Positions 11,165 to 24,620 of a stretch of 64,000 nucleotides of DNA are shown here, piece after piece; the stretch's first letter is position 1; each line of letters opens with the position of its first letter. Under the pieces are notes generated by a model that had not been told where the DNA came from, searched no databases, and saw only the letters and a list, made by a program, of their open reading frames with translations. Where the stretch lies: NCBI GenBank assembly GCA_013239625.1, contig MU056905.1, positions 19,201,009 through 19,265,008 on the forward strand. Reading direction: 5' to 3'. The position numbers and the translations under genes are program-made. The DNA is from Lama guanicoe (taxonomy: Eukaryota).

Positions 11165-13512
11165 TGTCAGGGGTAGTAGTTACATTAAATTTAAATGAAC
11201 ACAGAATTCAGTAAAAAAGACAGAGGCTGGCGGAATGGATGGGAGAAAAAATACTGATTTCTTGCTGTACAAAAGAGATACACTTTAGAGTCAACAACAT
11301 ACATAGGTTGATGTAAAATGATGGAAAAAGAAATGCTATGCAAACAGTATCCAAAAGAGATGGAATATTTATGTTATATCAGAAAACAATAGACTCAAAA
11401 ACAAAAATTGTTACTAGGGACAAAGAGAAACATTTTATAATATTTAAAGGGACAATCCATTAGGACAATATAACAATTATAAACATATGTGCATCTAACA
11501 AGAGAACCCCAAAATACATGAAGCAAAAACAGAATTGAAGGGAGAAATAGACAATTTGACAATAGTAATTGGCGTATTCAGTATTTCCTTTTTTCATTTT
11601 TTTATGAATCCATTTCAATANNNNNNNNNNNNNNNNNNNNNNNNNNNNNNNNNNNNNNNNNNNNNNNNNNNNNNNNNNNNNNNNNNNNNNNNNNNNNNNN
11701 NNNNNNNNNNNNNNNNNNNNNNNNNNNNNNNNNNNNNNNNNNNNNNNNNNNNNNNNNNNNNNNNNNNNNNNGGCCATAAAAGCAGCTTCAATCAATGTAA
11801 AAGACTGAAGTTATGTGAAGTGTGCCGTCTAACCACAATAGACTGTGATTAGTAATCAACAACAGAAGTAAATCTGGGAAACTGACAAATACATAGTTGT
11901 GCAACCGCATTCCTAGCCAAAAAATTGGCTCAAAGAAGAAATCAAAGGGAAATTAGAAAATACTTTGAGATGAATGAAAACAAACAAGCCAAAAAAACAC
12001 AATACACTAACATTTATGGGATGCAGCCAAAACAGTTTTGAAAGGGAAACTGATAGCTATAAAATGCCTATGTTTTAAAAAGAAGAGAAAATATCTTTAA
12101 TCAATAACCAAACCTTCTACTTTAAGAAACTACAAAAGGAAGAACAAACTGAACCCAAAACAAGCAGGAGAAAAAAATAATAAAGATTAGAGTGGAAATA
12201 AATGAAACAGAGAGTAGGAAATAATAGAGAATACCAGAGAAACATAAAGTTGTTCATTTGAAAAGATCAGCAAAAATGACAGATCTTTAACTAGAGTGAC
12301 CAAGACAAAGAGGGAATGCTCAAATTACTAAAAATCAAGAAGGAAAGAGGGGACATCATTAGCTACCTTAGAGAAGTAAGAGATTCTAAGGTAATAACAT
12401 AAACAATTGTTTGCCAGCAAATTAAATAACATAAACAAAAGGGGAAAATTCTTAGAAAGATACAACTACAGAAACTGAATCAAAAATAGAAAACCTGAAT
12501 TTCCTTGTAATAGGAGATTACATCAATAATCAGAAGGTCCCACAGAAAAGTCCAGGCCCAGAGAGCATCACAGGGGAGTTCTACCAAACAAGAATTAATA
12601 CCACTCCTTCACAAACTCTTTCAAAAAATAGAAGAGAATATAAATTTTAAATCACAATTCAACAATAAAAAGACTCCTCAATATAAAAATGGGCAAAGAA
12701 TTTGAAGAGGCATTTCTCCAAAGTTATACAAATAACCAATAAGCATACAAAAAGANNNNNNNNNNNNNNNNNNNNNNNNNNNNNNNNNNNNNNNNNNNNN
12801 NNNNNNNNNNNNNNNNNNNNNNNNNNNNNNNNNNNNNNNNNNNNNNNNNNNNNNNNNNNNNNNNNNNNNNNNNNNNNNNNNNNNNNNNNNNNNNNNNNNN
12901 NNNNNNNNNNNNNNNNNNNNNNNNNNNNNNNNNNNNNNNNNNNNNNNNNNNNNNNNNNNNNNNNNNNNNNNNNNNNNNNNNNNNNNNNNNNNNNNNNNNN
13001 NNNNNNNNNNNNNNNNNNNNNAAAACATGTCCATAGGAAACTTGTACATGAATGTTCATAGAAGAACTATCCATCATAACCAAAAAGTGGAGAAAACCCA
13101 AATGTTTATCAACTGGTGAATGAATGATTAAAGTGTGGTATATCCATACAATGAAATATTATTCAGCCATAATAAAGGATGAGATACTGGTACCTGGATA
13201 AACCTTGAAAACATAGTAAGTAAAGGAAGTTAGTCACAAAAGACCACATATTATATGATTTCATTTATATGAAATGTCCACAATAGGCAAATCTATAGAG
13301 AGAAAATAAAGTCGTGGTTGTCTGGACCTGCAAGGGGAGGCAGAGGGAGTGGAGAGTGAGTGCTAATGGATACAGGGTTTCTATTTGGGGATGAAATGTT
13401 TTGGAATTAGATAGTGGTGATAGATGTGCAAATCTGTGAATATACTAAAAACCACTGAAATGAACATTTTAAAGAGGTAAATGTTATGGGATGTGAATTA
13501 TATCTTAAACTG
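11165..13512 (+). mobile_element. L1MB-type LINE-1: endonuclease region joined to C-terminus and 3' UTR (RT domain deleted)
   Basis: Degenerate EN motifs (..RDKE.HFI..KG.IH.DNI.IINI.ASN.R.PKYMKQK..ELKGEIDN), KSPGP region at ~12547, then jump to the KWAK..RHFSK-like C-terminus; L1MB 3' UTR to ~13512; contains two N runs (11621-11771, 12756-13020). Confidence 0.92.
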
Positions 13513-14199
13513 TTATTTTTTTTTTTAAAAGACTTTAAGGGCTCAAGGAGGACTTCCAAAAAAAGATACCCTAAAATTGATCTTAAGAGGGGGGAAAAAA
13601 AAGTTTGTTATAATCAATCAAGGCACATTTAATAAGGAATTTTAATGTTTAAGTTTACAAAGCACTAAAGTTAAATATTACTGAAATCTCCAAAATTAGT
13701 ATACACACACTCTAGAAGCTTATAATCTAGGTGAAGTTACACTGGTAGGAAATAAGAAAATATATGTTACTTGGCATTGGCTAAGTTCCTGCTGTATCAG
13801 GATTTTTTCCACCTACATATTGTACTTCCATTTATATTTCTCAACATCCTATTTTTGAAAACTGAAAATATGAAACTCAGAAAAGTGGATTGGATATACT
13901 TGGCTCCACCCCTGTACAAATGACTTATTTCTTCTGAAATACAGTTGTTTCCTCTTACATAGCTACAAGTTTCGTGTTTCCAGCGGAGACGTCCTGCCTT
14001 GAGATTCTGATCCCACTTCAATTGTGAGTCAAGGGATCCTGGTTGGTGTTCAGTGCACCAAACAGTAACCAAAATAAATATCCTGGAAGCCAGAATCCTA
14101 AGGTTGTCTCCCACTCAGGAGGTTGTGAGGTTTCCGCTGTCAGTGTGTGTTTCCCTTCCTAGACAAGGCAAGCTGTGTATGTGCTAAGCAGGACTGTTA

Positions 14200-14810
14200 C
14201 CTGATCCACCTCACCCCCAGCCCCTCACCGGTGCTAAAAGGAAAACACGGGTTGAAGAGAAGAAAGAAAAATGGCGCCAGAAAGAAAGAAGAGCCAAACT
14301 AAATTTGGCATTTCACCTTTCATTTCCCCCCAAACGCTGCCTACCCCCAACCCCGACTCAGTGTCAGATTTTTGAAATGCTTTCATTGTTCCTTCCCCCA
14401 GCCCAGCTCCAAATCCCAGAAAGAAAGCAGGGGGAGAGAAAAAAAAATCAATGCCCTGCAGATGTGTTTATCCCCTCTTGCCTGGATAAAAGACTTCTTT
14501 CAAGTACTGCGCACATCTTCCAGGCCGAACCTCTGCACGTTCAGGAATGCCACGTGGCAGTCAGGTCAGGGCTGCCCTTTTGCCGTCCTTTTCATGTCAA
14601 ACCCAAGCTTTTGTTCGTGATGTTAAGGTTGACAGATGTGTTCTCAGGCAGCCAGCACACTGAAAACACATGGCAGACTGAAGCCCCTGGTCTCCTTGGC
14701 CAAAGCACGGCCAACGACGTTAGCGGAAACAATTCCGGCGGCTCCAGAATCCTGGGGGTGGAGGCTGGGTGAGGTGAGAATGACGTAGGGTTAGGACCGT
14801 GCTTAGGAAA
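14200..14810. promoter_or_regulatory. Candidate promoter/enhancer
   Basis: Repeat-free with local CpG retention; YY1-like AAAATGGCG 14268-14276, palindrome TGCCACGTGGCA 14548-14559, inverted CGGAA/TTCCG pair 14724-14737, TGACGT at ~14781. Confidence 0.35.
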
Positions 14811-14989
14811 GGGGGAATGGAGGAGAAACTGCAGTGAGCCCTCACTTCTTCCTGGGACCTGGGGCTCTTACCATTAGAGCCGGTACATTTGGGGGGACCT
14901 GGATTTTCCTATAAAGTTATAGCAGAGGGTTACAACACCTTGTCTTACTTGACTTGCTGTTTCCTGATGTGCACACACAGGGAAACACA

Positions 14990-15187
14990 CCTCTCTCCCT
15001 TCCTTCCCTCTTTCTTTCCATTTTTTTCCTGCTTTCTCTCCTTCCTTCTCTCTTTCCTTCCCTCCTTCTCTTTCTTTCTATCCATCTGTCGTTCTTTTCT
15101 ACCTCTTTTCTGTCCTTATCTCTTTTTTCTTTCATCCCTCATCCTTTCCTCTCCCATACTGACTTTCCCATCTTTATTTCTTTCCAG
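14990..15187 (+). repeat. CT-rich low-complexity tract
   Basis: (TTCC/TCTT)n-like pyrimidine run. Confidence 0.85.
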
Positions 15188-15799
15188 GCTGAAACGTATG
15201 AAGTCTCCACATTTCTTCCCTTTATTACCTCTGGGTCCAGACCCTCTTCCTACAGCTTTTTCCAGAGTTCCAGGCTGCTGTTTTTAGGTGACTGCAACTG
15301 CTCTGGCTGCCTGCTAAATTTGGAGGCCACTCACTTAACTTTGCAGCAAATCATTCTACATTTACAGAGTAGATAGAATTTTTACAAGTGTCTGATCTTC
15401 CCAGAAGTTTTTGTCCTTTTCTCTCAGCACCGTACAGTCTCATTGCTCCCTGTCACCTCAGGGGTGGGCAGTACATCTCCTCTGTTGTGTTCCAAGGGTA
15501 GACATGAGTTTCCTCACCATGAGCGACCCAGTTAGAAGGCTTGTGTATCACTGCCGCCCTGGTTCTCTCCCTCACTTTATTCTCACCCACTCTCTGTCTG
15601 CACTTTGTCTGAGTCTGGAACTTGCCAGCTACTACTTCTGGTGACCAGCATTTTGGGGGAAATTTTATTAAGAATCTAAGAGAAATGTAATCTAACTTTC
15701 TAGTGTAATGGAGATAGGTTGATGGGGCAATGCATCTGTATTTGAACTTTATGGAAAAGTAGATGTCCTATCTAAATGTGACAGAGCCTGACAGTGGTC

Positions 15800-16130
15800 C
15801 CAGAGAATCATTCACCCTTTGCTCCTCCACAATAGAACCCCCCAAATATTGGCTGGCTACATAGTCACCAGAATAAATACTACACTTCCCCAAGCCCTCT
15901 TGCAGCTAGATATAGACACATCACACAGTTTAAGCAATGGGATATAAGTGAATATGACTTGTGTGATCCATATGTATGTAAATTCTTATGTGTGTAAATC
16001 CTGGTGGTCCAGAGAAAGCCAGACTTGCCTTTTTCCTCTTACAATCAGTGCAACCCCAATTCCATGCCTGGCAGAGATAAATAAAGCGTGGTACCGTTCT
16101 CAAGGATGGCATGATACTATGTGCTCACCA
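15800..16130 (+). mobile_element. ERVL/MaLR LTR fragment (LTR16/MLT1-like)
   Basis: cagaataaatactacacttccccaagccctcttgcagctaga...aatgggatataagtg. Confidence 0.6.
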
Positions 16131-16149
16131 TGATGGTTGAGATATGCAT

Positions 16150-16290
16150 GGATCCTCTGTAGGAAAGGGGTTATTATCCTCATCCTACAGACCAGGGAGC
16201 TGTTGCTCAAAGAGACAAAGTGACTTGCAGAAAGTTCATGGCAAAGTCGGGATTTGATTCCTGGTCCACAGGTGCCAAAGCCCATAAAAT
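16150..16290 (-). mobile_element. MIR
   Basis: ttattatcctcatcctacagaccagggagctgttgctcaaagagacaaagtgacttgc. Confidence 0.7.
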
Positions 16291-16619
16291 TCTGCGCTGA
16301 AAGTTAACCTCCTAAATGAGATTAGAATCTCATTCACCTAATCTAAAGAGCCAAGTCTATAAAGAAAAGACAGTAATTTCTTCCAGCTCTTGAACCAAGA
16401 CATCATTTCTAGAATCTCAACTCTCATGGCTGGAAGGTACCTTAGAGAATATCTAAGCCAACAGCATCCCCTTAAAGTCAAAGAATGTGAGTCCTGGGGA
16501 AGTGGCATCCTTACCCAGGGTCTCCCAGCTGTGTCCGGTAGAGCCACCTTCAAACTCAAGGCCCTGACTCCTCCCCTGCACCATTTGGCTATTTTTATGT
16601 TGGAAGGCAGCTCCAAAAA

Positions 16620-16860
16620 CTAGTGGTTCCACCTGTGAATTCTAGAATCAGACAGTCTTGGGTTCAAATCTCAGCCACATTACATCTAAGCCATGGAACA
16701 TTACAGTTTCTTTAACCTCCTCTCTCTTACTCTCTTTACGTGCACTTGGAGATAAAGAGTACTTGTTATGATGAGCAAAGGAGGGGGTGCAGATACAGCA
16801 ATCAGCATGGTCCTGGTACACAGTAACTCCCTGGCAAACACCACTGTCTCATCATCATCC
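16620..16860 (+). mobile_element. MIR
   Basis: ctagaatcagacagtcttgggttcaaatctcagc...cctggtacacagtaactc. Confidence 0.7.
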
Positions 16861-19224
16861 CAGCACAAGCCACTAACCTCTCAATGGACGTGTCTTAAAC
16901 AAGGGAGACCAAGGCATCAAGGAAGATGGATAAAAGGGATAAAATTAAATCAGCAGAGAGAACACACACACTTTCCCCCATCTCAAGCTGACAGTGATAA
17001 ATAGAACCCGGAGATCAGATCATATCTCAGAGAAAGAATTCTAAACAAGGAGACATGGAGCACAGTGCACGGGAGTCTCCCACCTCCGGGCTCACTTTCT
17101 TATCTGCTAAAGCATCATTTAGCATGTGTCTTCACACATCTCCCAGAAGGGTAATAATCAGGTTCCAGTCTCCTTTCCTAAGTGAGAAATTCCTCATTCC
17201 GCAAGTGTTAGGATTTCCAGGGATTAGTGCGAAAGGCACTTAAGCATCTAAATCCTCTGGAATGAAGAGTTGGGAGAGTCCCACTCATTCCCGCACCCAG
17301 GCCCCCTCACCCCCTCTCACCTGGTCTCACCCTCCACACACTCCCCCTGCCCTGAGCCTCTCCAGCAGCTGGTCGCTGGGAAGGGGGTGCTGTAAGAGGA
17401 GAGAGACTGTTACAGGCAACTACAAATCCCACAGCAGTAGGGATGGCCTGAGAACAAATCCTTAGGCACCCCAACATTTCACAGGTTTCAGATTGCTTGC
17501 AATATGGGTGTAAGCTGGCTAGGGGCCTCTGTTTTAAAAAGAGTTAGAATCAGCCCCATTTTGGTCGCTGTCTGTAATGTTCACTGCCACCTATACAGAA
17601 CGAAGGACCAGGAACCCAAAGCAGTGACAGATGCACAGGTGTTGCAGGTAGAGAGGCCATGGGTTCAAACTGAGCTCCCCAGTCCCTGGAAAGGTAGCTT
17701 CCAGGTCACCCGCAAGACTTCTGATCAACCAAACAACAGCAGGCTTTTCTCTGAAGGAAGCTGAGCTGTGTAACTAATCCAAGTTCCCTTTTCAAAATGG
17801 CTGCTAGGAAGTTAAGTGCCCAAGTTGTGGCCCCAGAAATACGAGGAGGTCATTAGGCTGGACTTTGCAGCCCTTTTGCTGGCTCTATTTTAGTCTGTGT
17901 TCTCGTTTGTTCCATTTTTGTTTTGTACCTAATTTTTAAATTGATGCCGTTTTAGGTAATACAAATGATGCTCATACACCTGTAAATCCTTTCTGAATCA
18001 AGGTGAAAATCAGTAGCCCCAAACAATGCCTCGCAGGATTGTTTTTAGGATCATCTATAATATATGAGAACTTTCCGTGACATCACTGAGTAGACGCCAA
18101 ACCAGGAGTCACTGTTAGTGTTCTTCCCGTGACCTCTCACCCACTTATCAGGGTCATGCTGAGTAATCGTGCTGAGGTGGCTGAGCCTGGATTGGACATG
18201 AAGAAACAGAGACACAGATACTCAACAAGGAAGCTGATCCCCAAACACAATCTCCCAAAGCAACAGCTTTCTGATAATTTTTTTTTAGTAATTTGTGGAC
18301 GTGATTGATTGTAATTAAAGGCATAATGAATATCAACAAACGATTGTTGACAGTATGACTTTTTGAAGTGATAGTTTGAAATCAAGATTATGAAATCCAC
18401 AGCAAAGTAGGTAAAATTTAAAGTTTGTTTCCCTGTTCATCAGTGATGCAGGTGTACAACCACCATCTCCTCCACCATCAGCACCACTCTGACCTGGCCC
18501 TACACCCTCATTTCCACTCATGACCAAAAAAAAAAAAGTGTAGCTATGCCTTTAAATATAGCCAAAGGAAAGAGGACTTTTAGCAAAGCAGAAGACGACC
18601 CAAGAACTCTTTCAGCCTAAAGGACATAAATGCCTGTCAAATGCTCTATCTCTAAGTCTAAAGGCAGGAGAAAGAGGAGAGAGAGGTCAAAAAAAAGAGC
18701 GTGCCCCCAAAAAAGACATTTCATCTTCTCTCCATGAGAAGGGAAGTCCCCTGGATAGGTGGGATAAAGGGATCTGTGCCCACGGGAAGCTGGAGTCTGA
18801 GTCAAAAAAGAGGCAGAGCCACTTCCGAATCCTCCAATGCTACATACACTCTGTGAGTTCTGGAAGATGGGACTTGAACTTAAAGGATTCTTTTGTGCAT
18901 TCTCCTAGACTGAGCATGGTTGGCTAACTAACAGTGAGAGAACTTGCTAATAAACTCTGCCAGATCTAGCCTCCATCAGCAGGATTGTAGCCCTGCGTTT
19001 CTCCTGGCGGGTCTGCCTAGGGGAAAGAGCTCTTTGGATCTTGTAAGTGGAGCATCTTCCAAAGAAAATGCAAACTTTCACTCTGCCGAGAGGGGCAGAG
19101 TAGATTTTTTCTTCTAATTAGGTTTGGGTGTGACCCTGTGACTTACTTTGGCCAGTAAAATAGGACAGAAGTGATGGAGCGTGAGTTTCAGGACAGGCCT
19201 TACAGGCTCTTTTGCTTTTCTGTC

Positions 19225-19640
19225 TTTGTAGACTTTATAAAGTAGCCTTTATTCAAGACTATGGCAGTAAGGGAAAATGATCAAACGCAACTCTAAATAT
19301 AATATGGCCAATATAATGGGGATTTATAGGCAATGAGCAGAGTGAGGGGGCAGGTGGATGGAAAATGACAAAGAGGTGATTTGAAGGGCAGGGGGATTCC
19401 TGCTAAGCCAGGCTAACAGGATTCTTGCTAATGGCAGACCAAGGACTTAGATACCAAGGGTTGAGGATAAGAAATTTGATCGGCTATCAAAGGTCGGAGA
19501 ATTCTTGCCAAACTGACTTAAGATTCTTAGCTAAAACTGGGCTCAGCAGGTCAAGGAGAGATGGCAGGCTGAGGTGGAGGCCTAGTTGAAAAGAAGGCTA
19601 AGAGGAACCCAACTAAAGTTTGGTCAAAGAGGAGTCTGTG
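19225..19640 (-). mobile_element. MER31/MER67-like ERV1 solo LTR
   Basis: Reverse complement begins cacagactcctctttgaccaaactttagttgggttcctc...ctaggcctc, like MER31; repeated gattcttgctaa motifs; polyA signal appears as tttatt at ~19247. Confidence 0.75.
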
Positions 19641-20229
19641 TGGGTCCCTTAGACTGCCGTGTGGAGTGTCAGCTGGAGGAGGCAGAGAGGAAAGGAGGAG
19701 CCCCGTGGGCAGTTGGGAGGCCCTGCAGGAGATAGCGGTGGGGCAGTGGAGGGGGTGCTTCAGTGAGTCAACAGGCATCTGCTCTGAGTCTCAAAAGGCA
19801 CAGAGATGCCAGAGGAGGCCTTGAGGAGGAACAAGGTGGCCCCGTGCTGAGATCAGAGGGTGCTTGAGAGAATCACAAGGGCCCCCTCCAGCGATACAAT
19901 TCACTTTCTCTGATTCTGCTGGCCTGGCTCAGCCGCTCCGACGTGGCATGGAGCTTTCTTGGACTGCCACTATCAGAAGCCCTTCATTCTCTGTAGCTTA
20001 TCAGAGGGAGGGGGGTCACTTCTCGAAGAGGGCTGACTAATCGTGCCAAGTCCTGTGGCTCCCTTCTCTCCTGTGTTACCTCCAGTCTGTCCAGATGGCC
20101 CGCTAGTTGGGTGGGGAGGAGGGTGTGGCAGGTGAGTGATGCAGAATACCACGTGAGACTTTGCCTCTCATCTAGGTAAGCAACTAGCAACCTGGTGAGA
20201 ATTTCTTTCATCAGGGAAGACAGGCAGCC

Positions 20230-20420
20230 TGAGGTCAACTTCCCGATCAGCTATTTACGACTGCTATTTAAGACCGTGTAACCGTGGGCAAGTGATTTCC
20301 CCTCTCTGAGCCTTGGTTCCCCATCTGTAAACAGAGGCCAAAATGGTATCTACCTAATAGGATCGTTGTAGAGATTTCATGACATCATATTAGCTAAGTG
20401 CTTGGACTCCTGCCTGGCAC
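20230..20420 (+). mobile_element. MIR
   Basis: gtgtaaccgtgggcaagtgatttcccctctctgagccttggttccccatctgtaaa core. Confidence 0.8.
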
Positions 20421-20689
20421 TCTTCTCTGAGCTGTTCTTGGCTGTTCTCTCTCTGCCTCTTTCCCCTTCGCTTAATGGCTCAAGAAACATGTATTGAGCA
20501 CTCTTTTGGGGGCTGGGGGCTTCAGGGTAAACAGACCCAGTCTCTGCCCTCAGGAGGCAGAGGATGAGGAAGGAGACAGCCGACTTGGTTGTGGAGGGGA
20601 TGAGAGCAGGGTGGGGAGCAGGATGCCTCAGGGGCCCATGGAAGAACCCACTGGCAAAAATAAAAGCCGACCATGTTCTTCAGCTGAAT

Positions 20690-21170
20690 TATATTCTCCA
20701 GTGGCTCCCAATAACCTTCAGGTTTATCAAAACTCCCTGAACTGGTTTATACACCCTTTGTGATTGGGCCGGTCCTCCCCTTGGCCTCATTGGCTGCCAC
20801 CACCCCTCTGCTCAGACCCTGCTCTTCCTTGACTGCACTTTCTTTTCCACTTCCCACAAGTCCTGCTTGCTCTCACCTCCAGGATTTTGCACCATGTCCC
20901 CTCATCTGTCTCATTGGTCGTCAAGATCACATCTTCAGTATCACTACCTCCAGGAAATCTTCCCCACCTTTCAGGTGTCAGCAGGTGTCCTTAGCACCCA
21001 TGCTTCTCCCGTGGTGACATTCATCACACTGTTTTCTAATGGCAGGTTTACTTATTTATTTTTCAGCACTAACCTTCAGCTCCTGACCCCTGGGGACCAG
21101 ATATGTCTCATTAGCTCCTGTAATGCAAGCATCTAGCCCGAGTCCAATACCTATTTGGTGAAATGAATCC
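20690..21170 (+). mobile_element. L2 3' region
   Basis: cagtggctcccaataacc...tcactacctccaggaaatcttcc...agcatctagccc...tggtgaaatgaat. Confidence 0.65.
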
Positions 21171-22719
21171 GGTGGGTCTGGAACTTCCAGAGAGCAGCTT
21201 CTGGGGTAGACTCAGATTCTCAGCGTGATCTAGCCCACTCCTAAAATAGACCAATTCTGTACTTTCCATCTTCAATATTTAAAAAATAAAATAATAGAAA
21301 GCTTGACAGTGGTGGCTTCTGCTGGCGGAAAGAAATAGTATCTTTTAGAAGAAATCCACAGATTTTTCAGTAGCATGAGCCCAGGGCTGATGTAATCCAA
21401 GAACCCTCGGAGATGCATGGGCCGTTTTACAGTCTCTGAAGAGTTAACAGCCCAGACTCAACTGCTAGTAAGTGGCAGAGCTGGCAGGCAAAGCTAGGCT
21501 CAAAAGATAAGCTTCCCAGTTTCAAGCCTCCGTCCTGTCCACAGTCCTGTCCACAAGATATCCTTGTCTGCAGAAGAGCAGCCTCAGTGAGGTAACATCC
21601 TCATTGTCTGGCCCTTTAAAACAATTCTGAGACAATTACCCTCAATAGTTTCTTTGGAGAAGGGGCAGGCAGCCCAGAGCAAATTGGAGAGCGGCGGCAG
21701 GGGCTCTCAAAGTCAAATTTCTGCCATTCCTGCTCTGGGGTCTGTGGATCCCTGGAGGCCTGCAGCAGACCCCATGCATTCCAGTGCATGTGTAATGAAA
21801 ACAGCCCGGTCTCTAGATGTCGGTCTACCAGAGTCCGGGGCTCTCTCAAAAGTCAAGAGTTATGTTATTTCTCAGCCCCTCGAAGAAAGTCAAATCAGGC
21901 CGCCTCCGGAAAAAGTGAGGGGCCACCATGGAGGGTGCCTTTCTTTTGGGCTAGATTCCCATCCCACGAAACTCCATGTGAGCTACCCTTGGGGATCATT
22001 CAGTGTTTGGAATTTAAACATCTCATACTTCTCCTAGATGCAGAGGAAGTATTTTTTAGGTATGCCAAGAATTAACCAGCAAGGGCACCCGTTTAATTGT
22101 ATTTGAAACAGAAGCTAATGTTGTTAGCAGACCGACCACGTCTACCGATAGAGTGAGGGGGAGACGGGCAGAGGGGGACTTGATTACAAATATACGAGAA
22201 TCGAACCAGCTTTGACCTGTGAAAAAATGGCTAAAATTGCAAAAATGGCCATTGTTATGCTGAATTCATCTTTTCATGAGTCAGGAAAGAAACCTAACTT
22301 TCCGTCTACATTCATTGTGTTTTGGGGACATCTTTGATCTCTCAAATCAGCAAGATTCCCAAAGGGGGGCTAGCAGTGTTTTTGATTATTATCTTTAAAG
22401 TCTAAAATTCCTTAGGTGAAATTCAGTATGAAACGCATCCATGCAATGGGGAAGGTGAGTGACTGTGTCAACATCTGGGCCTTATTAAGGCACAGCTATT
22501 TTCACTAGGCAGTGAACTGAAGAAACCAAATTCCTTGATAAAGCTCTAAATTTCCAGGAACTGCTTGTAAAAGGCATTTCTTCTGTCTGGTGATTTTGCA
22601 TAACACACAGCACTGTGAGTTCCTGCCCGGCCGGGGCCGTGGGGATAAAAGGCATTATCTGTTTGTCGAATTGTCTCTAAAGCTTTAATGCTCTGATTCA
22701 CTGTTTGGTTTTGACCTTT

Positions 22720-22880
22720 GTAGAACACTTCGCAGTTTACAACGCCTTCCACATACCTCCTGCCTTTTGATCTGCACGGCAGCACAGAGAGGGAGCAGAC
22801 AGATGTGGTCCTCATTTTACAGCTGGGGAAACTGAGGCCGAGAGAGATCCTGTGGGATCTTTTTGTGGCCAAGCTGATAA
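22720..22880 (-). mobile_element. MIR
   Basis: cattttacagctggggaaactgaggccgagagag. Confidence 0.75.
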
Positions 22881-22904
22881 GACCGAGTCTCAATGTCAGG
22901 CAAC

Positions 22905-23047
22905 GAGCAGACAGATCATCTGGAGATTTAGGTAAAATGAAGACTCTGATCCAGGACGTCTGGGGTGGAACCCACATCCTGCATTTCTCCCAGCTTCCAA
23001 GTGATGCTAATGCTGCCGGTCCGTGGACCACACTTTGAGTAGCCAGG
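22905..23047 (+). mobile_element. MER5-family (hAT-Charlie) fragment
   Basis: ctgcatttctcccagcttccaagtgatgctaatgctgccggtccgtggaccacactttgagtagc. Confidence 0.8.
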
Positions 23048-23129
23048 AGATGAGAGGAAGATTTAGGACTCCAAATGGAGTCTTAGGTTTTCGAATCCAA
23101 GATTACTCTGCTAAATCATGTTGCTTATG

Positions 23130-23370
23130 TAGAGGTTAAAGGGATAAGTTCCAGCGTCTGATTCTGGGGATTCAAATCCCACCTCTGGCCCCCTTGCACA
23201 ATCCTCTTACTCTCTTCATGCATTGATTTTACCATCTGCAAAATGGGGATAAAATGGTACCAACATTCATAGGGTTATTTTTTAGAATTAAAGTAAATGA
23301 TGCGTTTAAAACATTAGAATAGTATAGCAACCTAGCAGGAACTTAGGCAAGGTGAGAGATTTTTATTACT
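23130..23370 (+). mobile_element. MIR
   Basis: ggattcaaatcccacctctg...catctgcaaaatggggataa...aaacattagaatagt. Confidence 0.8.
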
Positions 23371-24565
23371 TATTGAACAGATTAGAGTTAAGCCCCAAAG
23401 GCAGAGTCCCCCTCAGAGCCTCAGGTTGCTAATCTACAAAACGGGAACAACAAATGTTAACTGCCAGGGTGGCTGTGGGGAACAAAAGAGATAATACATA
23501 CAAATGAGTTATGCCACAAAAAAGAAAAAAAAAACTTGTTTTTCTTGAGCCTGCTCCGGCCCTGGTAGCCCAGGGCCTGTCAGGGTCTATTCTCAGGGCT
23601 GGTTTCTGAGGTTCACTGAATTACCAGTGATGCACATGGCCTGCTGCCCCCACAGAGACCCACAGCTCCTTGGAGAATCTTCCACCTCTTTGTAGCCACT
23701 GCTGAGCACAATGTGTGGTGTTGAGTAGGGGCTCAACCAAAGCATTCTGCCTGATTGATTTAGAAGAGTTGCCCACTTCCCTGAATCTACCATTGGGCCT
23801 GCTGGAGGAGCATTCGTGTAGTCAATCCTCTTGGCAGCAAAAATAGTTTGAAGCATTTATTTCTTTTGGATTCTTTCAGAACAAATTCCCAACTAATCTC
23901 AGATTCTCCAGACACAAATAGGAAGGGAGTTTTCCTATTGTCCTCAGAGTGTCCCTTTTCCTCTTTCCCTTCATCAGCACTTTGATACCGACTTAAGGGA
24001 AGGAAACGACCAGCTGACCTGTGCTTCTCCCAGTGGAAATCTCGGAATGAATAAAGGGTAGGAAGAAGGATTATTAACCAAGCAGAAACAGAGCTGCCAT
24101 CAAAACACTAAAACCAGCAGGATTCTTCAGCTGATTATCCCTTCGTAAAGGGAGGAGGAGCACTAAACTGAGAGAGGATCTTTGAGATCTTGCAAATCTG
24201 ACATTCTGACGTACATTTAGGAGTGAGCATAAAACAAGAGATCCTGGTAAATATCACTCAATAGTAATCATTTGTCGTACCAGAAGAATTGAGGTCAATT
24301 CATTCATGTATCTGTTCATTTGACAATTATTACTCAAAAGCAATGCTCGATGAGCAAGACAGATTTGTTGCCTGAACTCCCAAGCCTTGCAGTCTGTGGG
24401 AGATACAGCCACAAATTAGACCATTATAATGTACCGTGTAAGTACAGCGATAGGGAAGGGCAGACTTCTACTAAGTCAGATTGACCCGTGTGATATGATG
24501 CTAATAACCTCAAATTACATAGATCGAAAGTTAAAGGACTTCAATAAAAACTTCAACAACAAAAA

Positions 24566-24620
24566 ATATATATATAATATCTATGTACACATACTATATA
24601 TATATATATATATATATACA
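24566..24620. repeat. (TA)n microsatellite
   Basis: atatatatat runs. Confidence 0.85.

Noticed and set aside
14889-15376. Hydrophobic F/L/S-rich ORFs resembling membrane proteins
   Set aside because: Translation of a CT low-complexity tract.
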